Assembly: GCF_037042905.1 (NCBI RefSeq)
Contig: NC_087245.1
Location: 4,838,001-4,902,000, forward strand
Origin: Lytechinus pictus
Lineage: Eukaryota
Direction of reading: 5' to 3'
Length of the DNA: 64,000 nt
The position numbers were made by a program, and so were the translations under genes. The notes under the pieces are model-generated. The model had not been told where the DNA came from. It worked only from the letters and a program-made list of their open reading frames with translations, and ran no database searches. Below, in pieces: positions 26,138-40,477 of the stretch. How positions within the stretch are numbered: position 1 is the first letter of the stretch; every line of letters starts with the position of its first letter.

Positions 26138-27468
26138 CTGCATAGAATTTCTGAAGAACAAGCGCCAGGAGACAGACAATATGTTTACCAGAGCATAGAC
26201 TCCATGTACATGGAATCAATCAGTCTAAGAAGAGGATCTTGTAGAGAAGTATGTTCGACAAAATACTGAGAATCAAGTCTTTTTTTGTTCCTTTTTCTCT
26301 TTCCCCCAAACCGCAGACATGTAGATGACCGCCCTACTACCCCCGCACACTGTGGGATGAATAGAACGAATGGAAACGTAGTTCTAGTTGCACTGTCACA
26401 CTGTACTGCTTTTCCATGGAATATCTGAATGCAGCAATGACGCACACTCTACATTTATGCAGTATCAGATTAACTACATGTCAATAGTCTGTTTTAAAGA
26501 CCCTATTACTGGAACTAACCGGATTGTCTCACTTTACGCTGCATGATATCATAGTCTCCTTCAAGCAACTGAAAAGATTATCAATTTATTTTTTTCATTA
26601 CTGATCATACTAGGGCCAGAGCAGATGAGCAGAAAATAAATAGAGAAAATGAAAACCTGTTCAAAAGAAATATGGACTTCAGATTTATCATGAATTTACA
26701 CCCTAGACTACATGTCATCGTGAAAGGGTTGTCATGAAGAGAAAATGCAATAGGTTATGTACATGATTCATTCATATTGCACATATAAACACACACGCAT
26801 ACACACCCATAGTGATATAAACAGATAGAACATAATGAGGACTAACTCGATATTGGAGATTTCCAGAAATCATCATGTCTAAAATGAAATTACACACAGC
26901 CCGATACAAAACTTTGTGAAAATGTTTAATGATTCATGTATCTATGGACCAGGAAGTATTACTGAAAAACATATACATGTACTCTGTAAACAGTAGAGGC
27001 TAATCCACCAGTTTACATGATTTTATGTATGCCATTTAATCTACAGTAAACCAAAATCCATGATGTACAGTACACCTATATACAGCAGATCCAGATGGAT
27101 TTGTACACAAAGATCAAACCAAGAACAGTGAATGTATTTGATAATCACAATATGAGAAAGGATGCTTCCATGTTTTTAACAAAATCTGTATCAAAGCAAG
27201 ATTGTGCCTAATAATAGGGAACATAAATTAACCTATGGTCATACTTTGCTGAACCAACATCCATGATCCCTTACATCATAATTAATTAAGTGATAAATCT
27301 GATAACAAGATTATCACCAAATATCTTCTTGATTTCAAAACTGACAGCCAACACACACTGCTCCAAGTTTTTAATTGAACATATTACAACTGAATATACT
27401 TAATGGTAAAATTTGATGAAATAGGGAACAAGAGCTGACTGGTTTAACAAATAATCATCTACAATTAA

Positions 27469-27937
27469 AGGGGACTTTCACCCTGACCAAAAAATAATTG
27501 TAAAAATAGCAAGAAATATAATAAAACAAATAAGTGGTGCAAGTTGAAGGAAAATCCATTTAAGATTTTAAAAAAAGTTGTAATTTTTTATTTGTGTCAT
27601 CATACATGTATGTGAGCAGCTTACCCATATATCGTGTACAGTAATAATAAGAAATAAATAAAATGTCATTTTCTCAAAAATTAAAAATGCTTTTCATTGT
27701 TATCTACAGACAAATGATTTCTTACCCACTCCTGAAAGAAAAAAACAATCAATCATCATGAACCATTAAAAAATTGAAATATATGTATTCTTTATCATGT
27801 GGGCAGCTGCTCATATATGACATCACAAATAAAAAAAATTAGAATTCTAAAAACTATCTTCGATGGAATTTCTTTAAAGCTTCACCAATATTTTTTTATA
27901 GTTTACAGCAAACTTTTCTTCAGTGTGAACTTCCCCT
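27469..27937. mobile_element. Degenerate Kolobok-like MITE
   Basis: TTAA+AGGGGACTTTCAC ... GTGAACTTCCCCT+TTAG, with inverted internal arms. Confidence 0.6.
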
Positions 27938-28093
27938 TTAGTGGGCCAACTAATTCAGATTTTTATGAAAAATGGGGAGGGGATTGGTCTGCATAGAATT
28001 TACACTCTCCTCCTCTTTCACTATCTTTTCTACCATTGGTCAATATCATTACAGCCAGAGTACTACATGTAAAATCAAGCTCCTTGGTAAAAT

Positions 28094-29217
28094 AACAAGT
28101 GGAGCGCCTCTGGCTGTCTCACCTGCATCGCGCGATTCAATATAGCAGCAGTGCTGACTTTGAAAACTACTATAAAATAATTATTCACAAAAACACCATT
28201 CATATAATGATACAATACTACGTTCATTGACATTTGACCTTGATCATGTAACCTAAAACTTGTCAGTGATACTTGATTACCCCTATATCCACATTTTATA
28301 AACTATATCTTTAAACTTTGAAAGTTATGACAGCAATCTAATAATTAACTCCAAAATGGCCAAAGTTCCATGACCTTAGATGACTTTTGACTTTGGTCAT
28401 GTGACCTGAAACTCGCATGAGATGTTCAGTGATACTTGATTACTCTTATGTCCAAGTTTTATGAACTAGATCCATACACTTTATCAGAATTATGAAGGTT
28501 ATTCAACAAATACCCCCAACATGGCCAAAGTCCATTGACCTTTGACCTTAGTCATGTGACCTGAAATTCGCACAGGATGTTCAGTGATACTTGATTACTC
28601 TTATGTCCAAGTTCTATTAACTAGACCAATAAACTTACAGTTATGTTGTTAATTCAACAAATACCCCACCATGGCCAAAGTTCATTGACCTTAAATGACC
28701 TTTGACCTTGATCATGTGACCTGAAACTTGCACAGATCCATAAACTTACAAAGTTATGATGGTAATTCAACAGATACCCCCAACTTTGCCAAAGTTCATT
28801 GACCCTAAATGACATTTGACCTTGGTCATGTGACTTGAAACTCCGGCAGGATGTTCAGTAGTACTTGATTAACCTTGTGTCCAAGTTTCATGAACTAGGT
28901 CCATATACTTTTTAAGTTATGATGTCATTTCAAAAACTTAACCTTCGGTTAAATTTTGATGTTGATTCCCCCAACATGGTCTTAGTTCATTGACCCAAAT
29001 GACCTTTGACCTTATTCATGTGACCTGAAACTCAGGCAGGACGTTCAGTAATACTTGATTAAGCTTATGTCTGAGTTTCATGAACTAGGTTCATATACTT
29101 TTTAAGTTATGATGTCATTTCAAAAACTTAACCTTCGGTTAAGATTTGGTGTTGACACCGCCGCCGTCGGAAAAGTGGCACCTATAGTCTCACTCTGCTA
29201 TGCAGGTGAGACAAAAA
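28094..29217 (-). mobile_element. Second HINE/Helentron-like copy
   Basis: Same termini and internal repeat units as 14065-15115. A third, decayed copy appears to start near 29757. Confidence 0.78.
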
Positions 29218-31167
29218 CAGGTATTTTTTTAAATCACAGGTTTCTTTTCACAACCTACTGCCTACCTAAAATCTGCCTCATTGGATAAGCTTTAACACTG
29301 CAGTTAATTAAGATTTTCCAGGGTTCTTCCTTTTGAGCAAGAGCCCTCATGAGTTTTGTTCCCCTGCACAGAAACCTCAATTATGATTGACTGTTAGCCC
29401 TAACAAATTTGGCAAAGTTCTACAACCCCTAGATAATGTGAACGGTATTCCATACATACATGTATGTACATGTAGATGTTAATACAGATAGTTCTGTTTA
29501 TTTTGATAGTAAGAAACCTTAAGAGGCAAAAAGAACAACCAAAAAGGAAGTATATGCTCCTAATCTCTGTTGATACAGATATCATGCTAATGATATCTCC
29601 ATAAGGATAAGGTTAATACACTTTCCTTTGACCTGACCATTATTTCATCCATGACCAGACCATGTATTGTATATTCCCAGCCCTTGGCATGTTGTTATTG
29701 TTTTTTTTTTTTTTGGGGGGGGGGTGTTTTTGTTAAGTACATTTATTGCCACTTGCTTAACAAGTGGAACATAGCAACAGTGTTGACTTTGAAAATAACT
29801 ATGTAAAAAAATGATTTTTTTTTTTTAAAGAGATAAAACACATTCATTTGATAATAAAAATGTACATGTAGATGTAAGTTGAATTCATCCGCCGGCTGAT
29901 ATTTGATACATATGAAAGTTTTATGAAATAGGGACTTACACTTTATCTTGAAAATTCAAAATCTACCTTGGTTAGGTTTAAAATATTGATAGCACAATAA
30001 GGTCAAAGTTAATTGGCCCTAAATAACCTCTAACCTTGATCATGTGGCCTATACCTCTACAAGATGATCAGAAAGACCCTGTTCTCATCTACTTTCTTCA
30101 ACTGGTTTCCCTTAAACCAGTGTAGGAAACCAGGTTAGAAGATCACTTTAATAAAAAGTACATGTCGATTCAAACTTTTTGGTTTACATTTTGTGACTAT
30201 TTGCAACATTTTTTTTTCAGACAAGAGGACACTGCTTCATGTAGCTTCAATTGGTAAACTCCTTTTTTTCTCCACCTTTGGTATACATTTGAAATACTGT
30301 ATCTTTGTACAAAACTGGAAAATCTGATAAAAGTCACATGAATTTTGATGGAATATACTGTAGGGGATTTTGACATTAATGTTTTGACTTTTGATCCTGT
30401 GATGAGGTCTTCAACAGTCTTGGATATGCCATGGTATTTCAACCTGACTTTCAATTCTGTGAACTTCGAAGTCCCATAGAAAAGGGAATAAGAAAACAAA
30501 CTTTGTTTGATGATGACAATTGACAATGATGCTGATGTTCGTCCTTCGCTTGCATAGACGAATACAACTTCACTAATTAACTAATTAGTTTTTTACTGTG
30601 TGGAGTGTGGACCAATAGCATCCTCAGTGTCAGAGGTTGCTGTCAAAAGCTTAATTTAATTACACAAGGAAACATCTCACATAATTGCAAAGGCAGATTA
30701 TCAAAATAAGTAAGGAGCATTTGATGAAGTCAGGATTCAGGAAACATGATGGCTCCAGAAACTTCATGATCAGCATGTGGAATGTAGAGGAATCTGCATG
30801 TGGCATTGATAAAACGTCACTGACATAAACAGTTCAATGACTTCATTCCCGGATGCTCACAGTTCCTTTTAACAAGAAAACAAGATTGTTTTTCCCGGGA
30901 TGGTGAAGTACAATTATGAAAAAAAGTTAAGAAAAGAAAAGAACAGAACATATTGTGATGGTATTCATATTATCATTGGTAACACCCTATTTCAAACCTT
31001 GCCATGCCATGTGAGATTTTAAAAGGGAACCTGAAAATTTTAATAGTGAACATATAAATATAAAGAAAGGCATTGTATATGGCACGCCCATAGGGAAACA
31101 ATTATATATATATTTCACTGGAAAAAAATATGTTTCTCTTCTACTAAACCATTTCACTCAAAGAAAT

Positions 31168-31522
31168 TTATATTTCACTTTTCAAAAAAATATATTTCAC
31201 TTTTCAAAAAAAATATATTTCACTTTTCAAAAAAATATATTTCACTTTTCAAAAAAATATATTTCACTTTTCAAAAAAAATATATTTCACTTTTCAAAAA
31301 AATATATTTCACTTTTCCAAAAAATATATTTCACTTTTCAAAAAAAATATATTTCACTTTTCAAAAAAATATATTTCACTTTTCAAAAAAAATATATTTC
31401 ACTTTTCACAAAAATATATTTCACTTTTCAAAAAAATATATTTCACTTTTCAAAAAAATATTTTTCACTTTTCAAAAAATAATATATTTCACTTTTCCAA
31501 AAAAAATATGTTTCACTTTTGA
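31168..31522 (+). repeat. 21-22-bp minisatellite (TATATTTCACTTTTCAAAAAAA)n in the left foldback arm
   Basis: Directly visible tandem array of roughly 15-16 units. Confidence 0.95.
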
Positions 31523-31981
31523 AAAGAATAATTTCACTTGTTACATTTTAATTTTGAAAGAAAACAAATCCTTTCACTTTTGTTGGATATCACATGCGGC
31601 TGCCGTATTAGACCGTACGTAAAATTCATCTATCTATCTATCTACCTACATGAAATATCTATCTATCTCTCTGCCTAATAAATATCTATCTGTTTAAATC
31701 TATCTATCTATCCATCTATCTGTCTGTCTATTTATCTATCTATCTCTCGAACTATTTATTTTTCTATCTATCTAACAATTATCTGTTTAAATATGTCTGT
31801 CTATCTATCTATCTGTCTGTCTCTTTATCTATCTATCTATCTATCTAATATCTATTTATTTATTTTAATATGTCTATATCTGTTTATTCATCATTCAATC
31901 TATCTATCTATATAATGATTTATCCGGCTGTTTAAATGTCTGTATATCTGTCTTAATTTCTATCTATCTGCCTATTTATCT

Positions 31982-32110
<129 letters not shown>

Positions 32111-35100
32111 CAGCTATCTATCTATATATCTATCTATCTATCTATCTTAAGTCTATCTGTTCAAAATATGTATGTCTATCTGTATGTCTACCTTTTATCT
32201 TTCAATCTAATGTCTATTGATCTGTGCAAATAATCATGTCTGTTTATTTGTCTGTTTATCTATTTAATATCTATCTACTAAATCTGTTAAATATGTTATT
32301 CTATCTGTCTATCTATCAATAAATATATCGATCTATTTTCTCTCTATCTATACATCTATCCATCTATTTATCTATCTGTGTATGTACGTATGTATCTATC
32401 TGTCTCTGAATCAGGGGCGGAAATCTCTCCCAAAAGGTAGGGGGGACACAGTGGCGGATCCAGCCTTCGCCAATAGGGGGGGCGGAAATTTGTTTCAGCC
32501 ATATTTTCCCCGATCGGCAGCTCGAAGAAGATTTTTGTTTGTTTCTTTGAAGGGGCAGTCCTCCTTAGTCACTTCTTAGCTTTTATCTATTTTCTCTCTA
32601 TCTATATATCTATCCATCTGTTTATCTATCTGCGTATGTATATATGTATCTATCTGTCTCTGAATCTATGTGTATATCAAATATAATATCATAATCACCG
32701 TTATCGGCATCATCATATTTGCCATCAATCATCAGCATCATCCTCCTCATCGTATTTTTTATCATCAATCAATATCTATCTAATGTCTATCTGTCTATCT
32801 ATCTAATACCTATTTATCTGTTTATATCTATCTATATATTAATCCCTTTTATTAATATATATCTATCTTCTATTGATCAATCCACCTATCATTTATCTCT
32901 CCAACCATCGATCTATCTATCTATTTATCTATCTTTCTTATACGTATCTGTTTAAATATGTATGTCTATCTGTCTATTTATCTTTCATACTTATATCCAC
33001 TCATTTGTATAAATAATTATGTCTGTTTATCTACGACCGACCACCTAATTCGTCCGCACGACGAATTAAAATCTAGTTTCTTTTTCACTTGTTACATTTT
33101 AAATCTGAGAGAAAACAAATCCTTTCACTTTTGTTGGATAACACATACGACGGCGGCTGCCGTATTAGACTGTACGTAAAATTCATTCCTCACGTAAAAA
33201 TCCATTCCTCTCGCTACGTAAAACATTTCACTCTTGTTGCAAAATTCATTTCACTCAATTGCAAAAAAATACGTTCCTCTTTTTTTTCGGCCTGTAGGCG
33301 GCGCACATCATTGTTGGCAGGACGAGGTAACAGAGATGGTTGCAAAATTTTCGCTGTGCTGAGGGGAGAAATCATGAATCCGGTTGCAACACACAAAGTG
33401 ACAAGGATATGGGGATACCAGCGAACCCAATTACGACACTTTCCCACGCGTGCCCGAGAATACACCGCGAGGTGGGCCCATGAACACAAAACATAAAGTT
33501 TGATTTTATTGCTGATTATGCACAATAGCCAGTGCAATCAGCTGTTGCATTCTGCCCTACGATCAATCACTAACGTTTTGTAGGCATGATATGAAGCATG
33601 AATAGCTCCACGCATGGCACTACACTATCTCCGGAGCTAAATGGACAAGGTGTTGAAATTTCCCTTTTCTCCATTCCGTCTGTCTTTTACTTCATTGACA
33701 TACGATAATCGCGATGATTGATGAATTGAAGCTTACAAAAGGCTACATTTCACTGGTCAACTCGCTTGTACTTCCGTTGCAAAACCAAATTCTCACCATT
33801 TTGTCACGGGCAGTGCTTCTTCAAACCAGACATAGGCGGTAAAGCATACATGACTGAATGGGTGAAGACGTCATCGCTTTCGGTGGACATTCTCGGCTAA
33901 CACCAAATTTTTAGGGTTGAGCGATGACGTCATCACTTAACTTCAGTCCCGTATACTCATTTTTCATGTCTGTTCAAAAGACGGTGAGGTACTGCCCGTT
34001 CTGAGAGTATATAGCATTGGAAAACCCCCCATTCATGTCTCGGACAAACTGGAGAGAATTTGGTTTTGCAGTGCAGGTACAAGCGAGTTGACCAGTGAAT
34101 TGTAGCTCTTTGTAAGCTTCATTTAATCAATCATTACGATCATCGTATATCAATGAAGTAAAAGACAGACGGAATGGAGAAAAGGGAAATTTCAACACTT
34201 ACCTTGACCATTCAGCTCTATAGATAGTGTATGTATAAAGTATTCATGCCCCATGCCTACAAAACGTATAGCCAGACCGTGATAAGGTTAGTGATTGATC
34301 GTAGGGCAGAATGCAACGGCTGATTGCACTGGCTATTAAATTGTGCATAATCAGCGATAAAATCAAACTTCACGTTTTGTGTTCATGGGCCCACCTCGTG
34401 GTGCATTCTCGTGCACGTGGGAAAGTGACGTAATTGCGTTCGCTGATATCCCCATATCCTTGTCATTTTGTGAGTTGCAACCGCTTTCATGATTTCTCCC
34501 CTCAGCACAGCGAAAATTTTGCAACCATCTCTATTTCCCGCCAACAATGAAGCGCGCCGCCTACAGGCCGAGAAAAAAGAGGAACGTATTTTTTGCAATT
34601 GAGTGAAATGAATTTTGCAACAAGAGTGAAATGTTTTTCGAGAGGAATGGATTTTACGTGAGGAATGAACTTTACGTACGGTCTAATACGGCAGCCGTCG
34701 TATGTGTTATCCAACAAAAGTGAAAGGATTTGTTTTCTCTCAGATTTAAAATAACAAGTGAAACTAGTCGTGCGGACGAATTAGGTGGCCTGTCGTAGAT
34801 AAATAGATAAACAGACATAATTATTTAAACAAATGAGTGGATATAAGTATGAAAGATAAATAGACAGACAGATAGACATACATATTTAAACAGATACATA
34901 TAAGAAAGATAGATAAATAGATGGATGGATGGAGGGATAAATGATAGGTGGATAGATTAATAGAAGATAGATATATATTAATAGATAGATATATATATAT
35001 ATAACAGATAAATAGGTATTAGATAGATAGACAGACATTAGATAGATATTGATTGACGAAAAAATATACGATGATGAGGAGGATGATGCTGATAATGATT

Positions 35101-35166
35101 GATGGCAAATATGATGATGATGATAACGGTGATTATGATATATTTGATCTAAACATAGATTCAGAG

Positions 35167-36924
35167 CATGGGCGGAAATCCCAGGGGGGACAGGGGGACG
35201 TGTCCCCCCCTACTCAAAATAGTAGGGGGGACACAATATCAAATGTCCCCCCTACTATTTTTGGTCTTTTATGATGGTAAGAAATACATCATTCTAAATC
35301 GAAATAAAACATGTATTTGGGGACGAGTTGGGACAAGATGACCTTACTTTTGGGATAACCTTTTTTTTTGCTTGTCAAATGTTCCCGCCCCTTGTCCCCG
35401 TAGGCGGACCAGGGGGCCGAGGGGCCCGCCCCCCCTCCCCCTCTTGGCGGAGCAAAAAAAAGAAAAAAAACGGAAAGAAAGAAGGAATAAAAGAGGGAAA
35501 AGAGAGGAGAAAATGAAAAGGACGACGAGTGCATAAAACAAGATGAGGGGAAGACTTGGAAAATAAAAAGAATCTTTCGTGCCACTATATATAACATTTT
35601 AGCTCTCGCTTCGCGCTCGCATTGCCTGTTAGGTGATTTACATATCTTGTTCAATATGGAGCTCGAATGTCAAGTTTGGAAGTCAATATACAAAACATAT
35701 TTCACCTTGGAAATCGAACTTTCATTATTTTGTGTGATTTACAAATTGATTTTTAAAAAGTGCTCTGTAAAAATGTCAGTTTTATGGTCTGAATATTAAC
35801 ATTTGCTGCTTGCCTTACAATTTTTCTACAAAGTGCTTGAAATATAAAGCTGAAATTGACTCTTTTTTCAGATCGGAGTATCAAAGTTTCATGATTTACA
35901 TGATTATAGATATAGATATTATGTATATAGAATGCTTAGATTTATAGGTCTAAATAATTTATGAAACACACGCGCGCATGTTTATTCAGATACTCAACTT
36001 GTTCTCTATTTAAATCATTATCCAGTTTCAGATCACAATATCAAAATATTTCTGCTCGCGCTTTGTGCTCGCATTATTAATGTGGGAAGACCCAATATTA
36101 CTCATCCTTTTGTACATCATGAACAGAGTGGCCCATTTTTAGGTCTAAATCTCGTTTTTTTTTCAGCTTGCGCTTCGTGCTCGCATTTATTGATTGTTGA
36201 AATATGTAACGCCTTCATGGCTAAGTGCAAGCAGTCCTTAACAGTTACCTTTTCAACAGGTACCAGTTCAAAACGTATATAAAAATTTTCTGCTCGCGCT
36301 TTGCGCTCGCATTATTATTACTCACTCATCCTTTTCATGATTTACAAAACATGAGTAGAGTGTCTCGTTCAGTAAATATTATAGGACTAAATCTCGAAAT
36401 TTTACGCTCGCGCTTCGCGCTCGCATCAATTGTTTACTTATATACCTATTCTGCTTGAGTTTCAATTCTTTAGGTGAAAATGTCAAAAAAAAATTAGCTC
36501 GCGCTTCGCTCGCATTATTTGATTGTTAAATGCTACTTTAACAGGTATCTTTTCCATCAGTTTATTTCTGCTCGCGCTTTGCGCTTGTAGTAATTATTAA
36601 GTTGCATACACATCTTTTTCAGGATAACAAACATTGCCCAGAATGTTCAAATTTAAGGAAAAAATACATAAAATTTCCAAAAAATTAGCTCGCGCTTCGC
36701 GCTTGCATCATATAAATAAGGATTATGATACTATATATTAATTTATAAGAATAAAGCTAAGAAGTGTCTAAGGAGGACTGCCCCTTCAAAGAAACAAACA
36801 AAAATCTTCTTCGAGCTGCCGATCGGGGAAAATATGGCTGAAACAAATTTCCGCCCCCCCTATTGGCGAAGGCTGGATCCGCCACTGTGTCCCCCCTACC
36901 TTTTGGGAGAGATTTCCGCCCCTG
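35167..36924. mobile_element. hAT-like non-autonomous element in the right foldback arm, probably carrying a nested element at ~35399-36886
   Basis: TIR CATGGGCGGAAATC / GATTTCCGCCCCTG, TSD ATTCAGAG (35159-35166 and 36925-36932). Internal repeated GCTCGCGCTTCGCGCTCGCATT motif. Confidence 0.82.
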
Positions 36925-37635
36925 ATTCAGAGACAGATAGATACATAGGTACATACACAGATAGATAAATAGATGGATAGATGTATAGATAGAGAGAAAA
37001 TAGATCGATATATTTATTGATAGATAGACAGATAGAATAACATATTAAACATATTTAATAGATATATATTAAATAGATAAACAGTCAAATAAACATACAT
37101 GATTATTTGAACAGATCAATAGATATTAGATTGAAAGATGAAAGGTAGACATACAGATAGACATACATACTTTGAACAGATAGACATAAGATAGATAGAT
37201 AAAGATAAATAGGCAGATAGATAAAAAGACAGATAAATCATAAGATAGATAGATAGATAGATTGATTGATTGATAAATAAACAGATATACAGACATATTA
37301 AAAAATATTAGATAGATATATAGATAAAGAGACAGACAGACAGATAGATAGATTCGTAGATAGATAGACAGACATATTTAATCAGATAATTATTAGACAG
37401 ATAGATAGAAAAATAAATAATTTGAGAGATAGATAGATAAACAGACAGACAGATAGATGGATAGATAGACATATTTAAACAGATAGATATATATTAGGCA
37501 GAGTGATAGATAGATAGATAGATATATCATGTAGGTAGATAGATGAATTCTACGTACGGTCGAATACGGCAGCCGCATGTGTTATCCAACAAAAGTGAAA
37601 GGATTTGTTTTCTCTCAAAATTAAAAAAAAATTTG

Positions 37636-37990
37636 TTGAAAAGTGAAATATATTTTTTTCAAAAGTGAAATATATTTTTTTGGAAAAGTGAAATATATTT
37701 TTTTGAAAAGAGAAATATATTTTTTTTGAAAAGTGAAATATATTTTTTTGAAAAGTGAAATATATTTTTTTTGAAAAGTGAAATATATTTTTTTGAAAAG
37801 TGAAATATATTATTTTTTGAAAAGTGAAATATATTTTTTTGAAAAGTGAAATATATTTTTTTTGAAAAGTTAAATATATTTTTTTGAAAAGTGAAATATA
37901 TTTTTTTGAAAAGTGAAATATATTTTTTTTGAAAAGTGAAATATATATTTTTTTCTTAAGTGAAACATATTTTTTTGATAAGTGAAATAT
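37636..37990 (-). repeat. Reverse-complement copy of the 21-22-bp minisatellite in the right arm
   Basis: (GAAAAGTGAAATATATTTTTTT)n. Confidence 0.95.
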
Positions 37991-38297
37991 AAATTTCTTT
38001 GAGTGAAATGGTTTAGTGGAAGAGAAACATATTTTTTTCAAGTGAAACATATATTTAATTGTTTCCCTATGAGCGTGCCATAATTGTATCATATAGACAT
38101 CCAGAGATCTTTTCACAATCTCCAGAAACACCTATTCATCTGAGCAGAAATACTGAGAAAGCCTTCGCTTGACAAAATAACCTAGAGCTAAACCTTCCCT
38201 ATGAACATGTTAGCTTTGGAAAAGATAGCTTCCATATATATCAAAGTCTGGTTGGGAGGGGGGTGGGGGGGTTCATAAAGACTTAGGTGCGACTTAC

Positions 38298-38715
38298 ACC
38301 CTGTTCAGACTGTACCCTGTTACCCGGGACATCCCCCCGGAAAATCGACAGTTTGGATGGTCTGGAGGATTGTCCCCCGTCTCCCGGTTCTATCCCCCGG
38401 GTTTTTATAAGGAAGATCGACCTTGGCTCATAATCCGAGATCGCGCACCTGTTTTAAACTAAGTGCGCATGCGCAAAATGTGGTGTCAAGAGAATTGCTT
38501 CCGCTCTAGTACTGTGCTATATAGTGCTCGGCTAGCTGCAAGTAATTGCATTTCCCGCGTTATCATGTGCGGGCGCGCCTTACGTAACCATGCCGATGAC
38601 CTAGCCCACTCATCCCCCGGTGCCAATCTCCCGGACACCGGGGGATGAATGGACGGTCGGTCATAAAGAGATAAGATTTCTCTCCCCCTTCCCCCGGGTG
38701 ACAGTCTGAACGGCC
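38298..38715. mobile_element. Harbinger-like MITE
   Basis: Imperfect TIR CTGTTCAGACTGT / ACAGTCTGAACGG, GC-rich interior, TSD unclear. Confidence 0.5.
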
Positions 38716-40002
38716 TGACAAAGTAGCATATAATACCGTAATGACTTATTAACTCTTTGTGAAAGTGAAACACCTCCCTGGAGTCCTGGACCCTGTCTTA
38801 CAAAGAGTTACAATTGATCAGATCAACTACAACTATGGAAAGCCAGCAACGTGAACATTTAAATAGATTTTAATTCGTCATGCGTCTCTATGATAAGACT
38901 TTATAAATGATGAAAGATTCAGCGAAATTGATACAGCCGATTTGGAGAAAAGTTGGCGATAAACATAGGTGCGGGAAAAAAAAAAAAAATGAATAAATAA
39001 AGAAAATTCTGACAAAATTAAGAGGTAATCTGTCAAAGACAGACCACCTAATTAATACTACACAAACAATAATCCATTTGACCCTACCATTCTTGAGCAG
39101 AGAGGTAAAAACTAACAGGCGGCCTTATTTACCCAACTCTCCCCTACATGTAGAAAACTTTTTTATTTCATGCATATGTAAATTAGTATAATTCATTCAT
39201 ATAAAATAAAATAACTACATTTTGTGGAATTTAGCAATGCAAATGCCATAGATTACTACCATAGATTTCTACCATCAGACAAATTTTCATCTTAATCTTA
39301 ATACAATACACAGCCGAAAGGTTTTGATCTCATCATCCTCTGACTTCTGACAAAACCAAGACACAAAATGTACCCGAGTGCAGAACTATAGAAGCAAGTT
39401 TTACCAGTACATGTAGTTTGTTGATTTTAACTCAGCACTTGGTGCATGCATAAAAAAAAAAAAATTTTAATCTGAAAGAGGTTGTATTGGAATAAAATGA
39501 CAAGTTCACATAGAGGCATACTATTCGGTTTACAATGTATGCTTTCGAAGGTCACGCGAATAGCTTGAATCAAACTCTTGGATTACCTAATACCTGTTCA
39601 CATCAGAGGATACTATTCGGAAATGCTGTATAGCTGCGTATAGTATAGTAAAGTATAGTATAGCATAGCATAGTATAGTATAGTTTAGTGGGAATCGAAC
39701 TTGATAGATTTTCGTGCAGCATATACCATCCAGTTTGGATGTGGCAGATGGTGCGCCGTGGTGAAATAAGGCATATTACAAATACATGTAAAATAGTTTC
39801 TTGGATATCATTTTATTGCAATTTCATAGCACATGCCATCATATTTAACTTATCCAGCACTTACAATGTCAGATGTCCTGCTCATTTTTTTTTACTGAAA
39901 GAACAATATCTCATGCATATTTTGCGTGATTTATGAGAGCTCCTCATTTTTCTTTCTTTTTGACCATGAAATGATTGAGGACTCAAGATCAGAATGGTTG
40001 AA

Positions 40003-40477
40003 CCCGGGGGGGGGGGGGGGGGGCCACTTACATTGACGAGTGGATACCATACACGACCTGGGGTCTCGAAAAGCACCCTAAACACGTATTTTCCATATTC
40101 TGACAATGCACCCCTTAACAAGTATTGGCGTGTGAAACCCCACCCTTAACAAGTATTGGAAACAAAACAATACCCTTGGCAAGTATTCCCTGAATTGAAC
40201 CCCTAAACAAGTACAGCGATATGTCACGGACGTCGGTTTTACCTTTACCTACATCATAATTAGTACAGCCCCACCTCCAACACCTCGCGCAAATCGGACT
40301 CTTAACACGTAGTGTTGACTGCTGGGACAAAAAATACATCCTTTAACCATTTTTGTCTTGTATACCCTCGCAAATTTGACCCTTAACACGTAGCTTTCCG
40401 AGCGAAATAGATACCCTTTTTTCATTATTTTAGTGTTTTTGACACCCTTATTACGTTACGTACGTAACATGCCCTAT
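40003..40477. mobile_element. MITE family A, copy 3 (right end truncated)
   Basis: Colinear with copy 1 until ...CGTAACATGCCCTAT. Confidence 0.8.

Noticed and set aside
31168..31522. CRISPR-like array
   Set aside because: Head-to-tail units without unique spacers, no cas genes, eukaryotic context.
33089..34717. Mirror ORFs of 71-135 aa in the foldback core
   Set aside because: Reading frames are not preserved between arms and no recognisable domain is present.
37550..38131. 193-aa repetitive ORF
   Set aside because: Translation of the 21-22-bp minisatellite.
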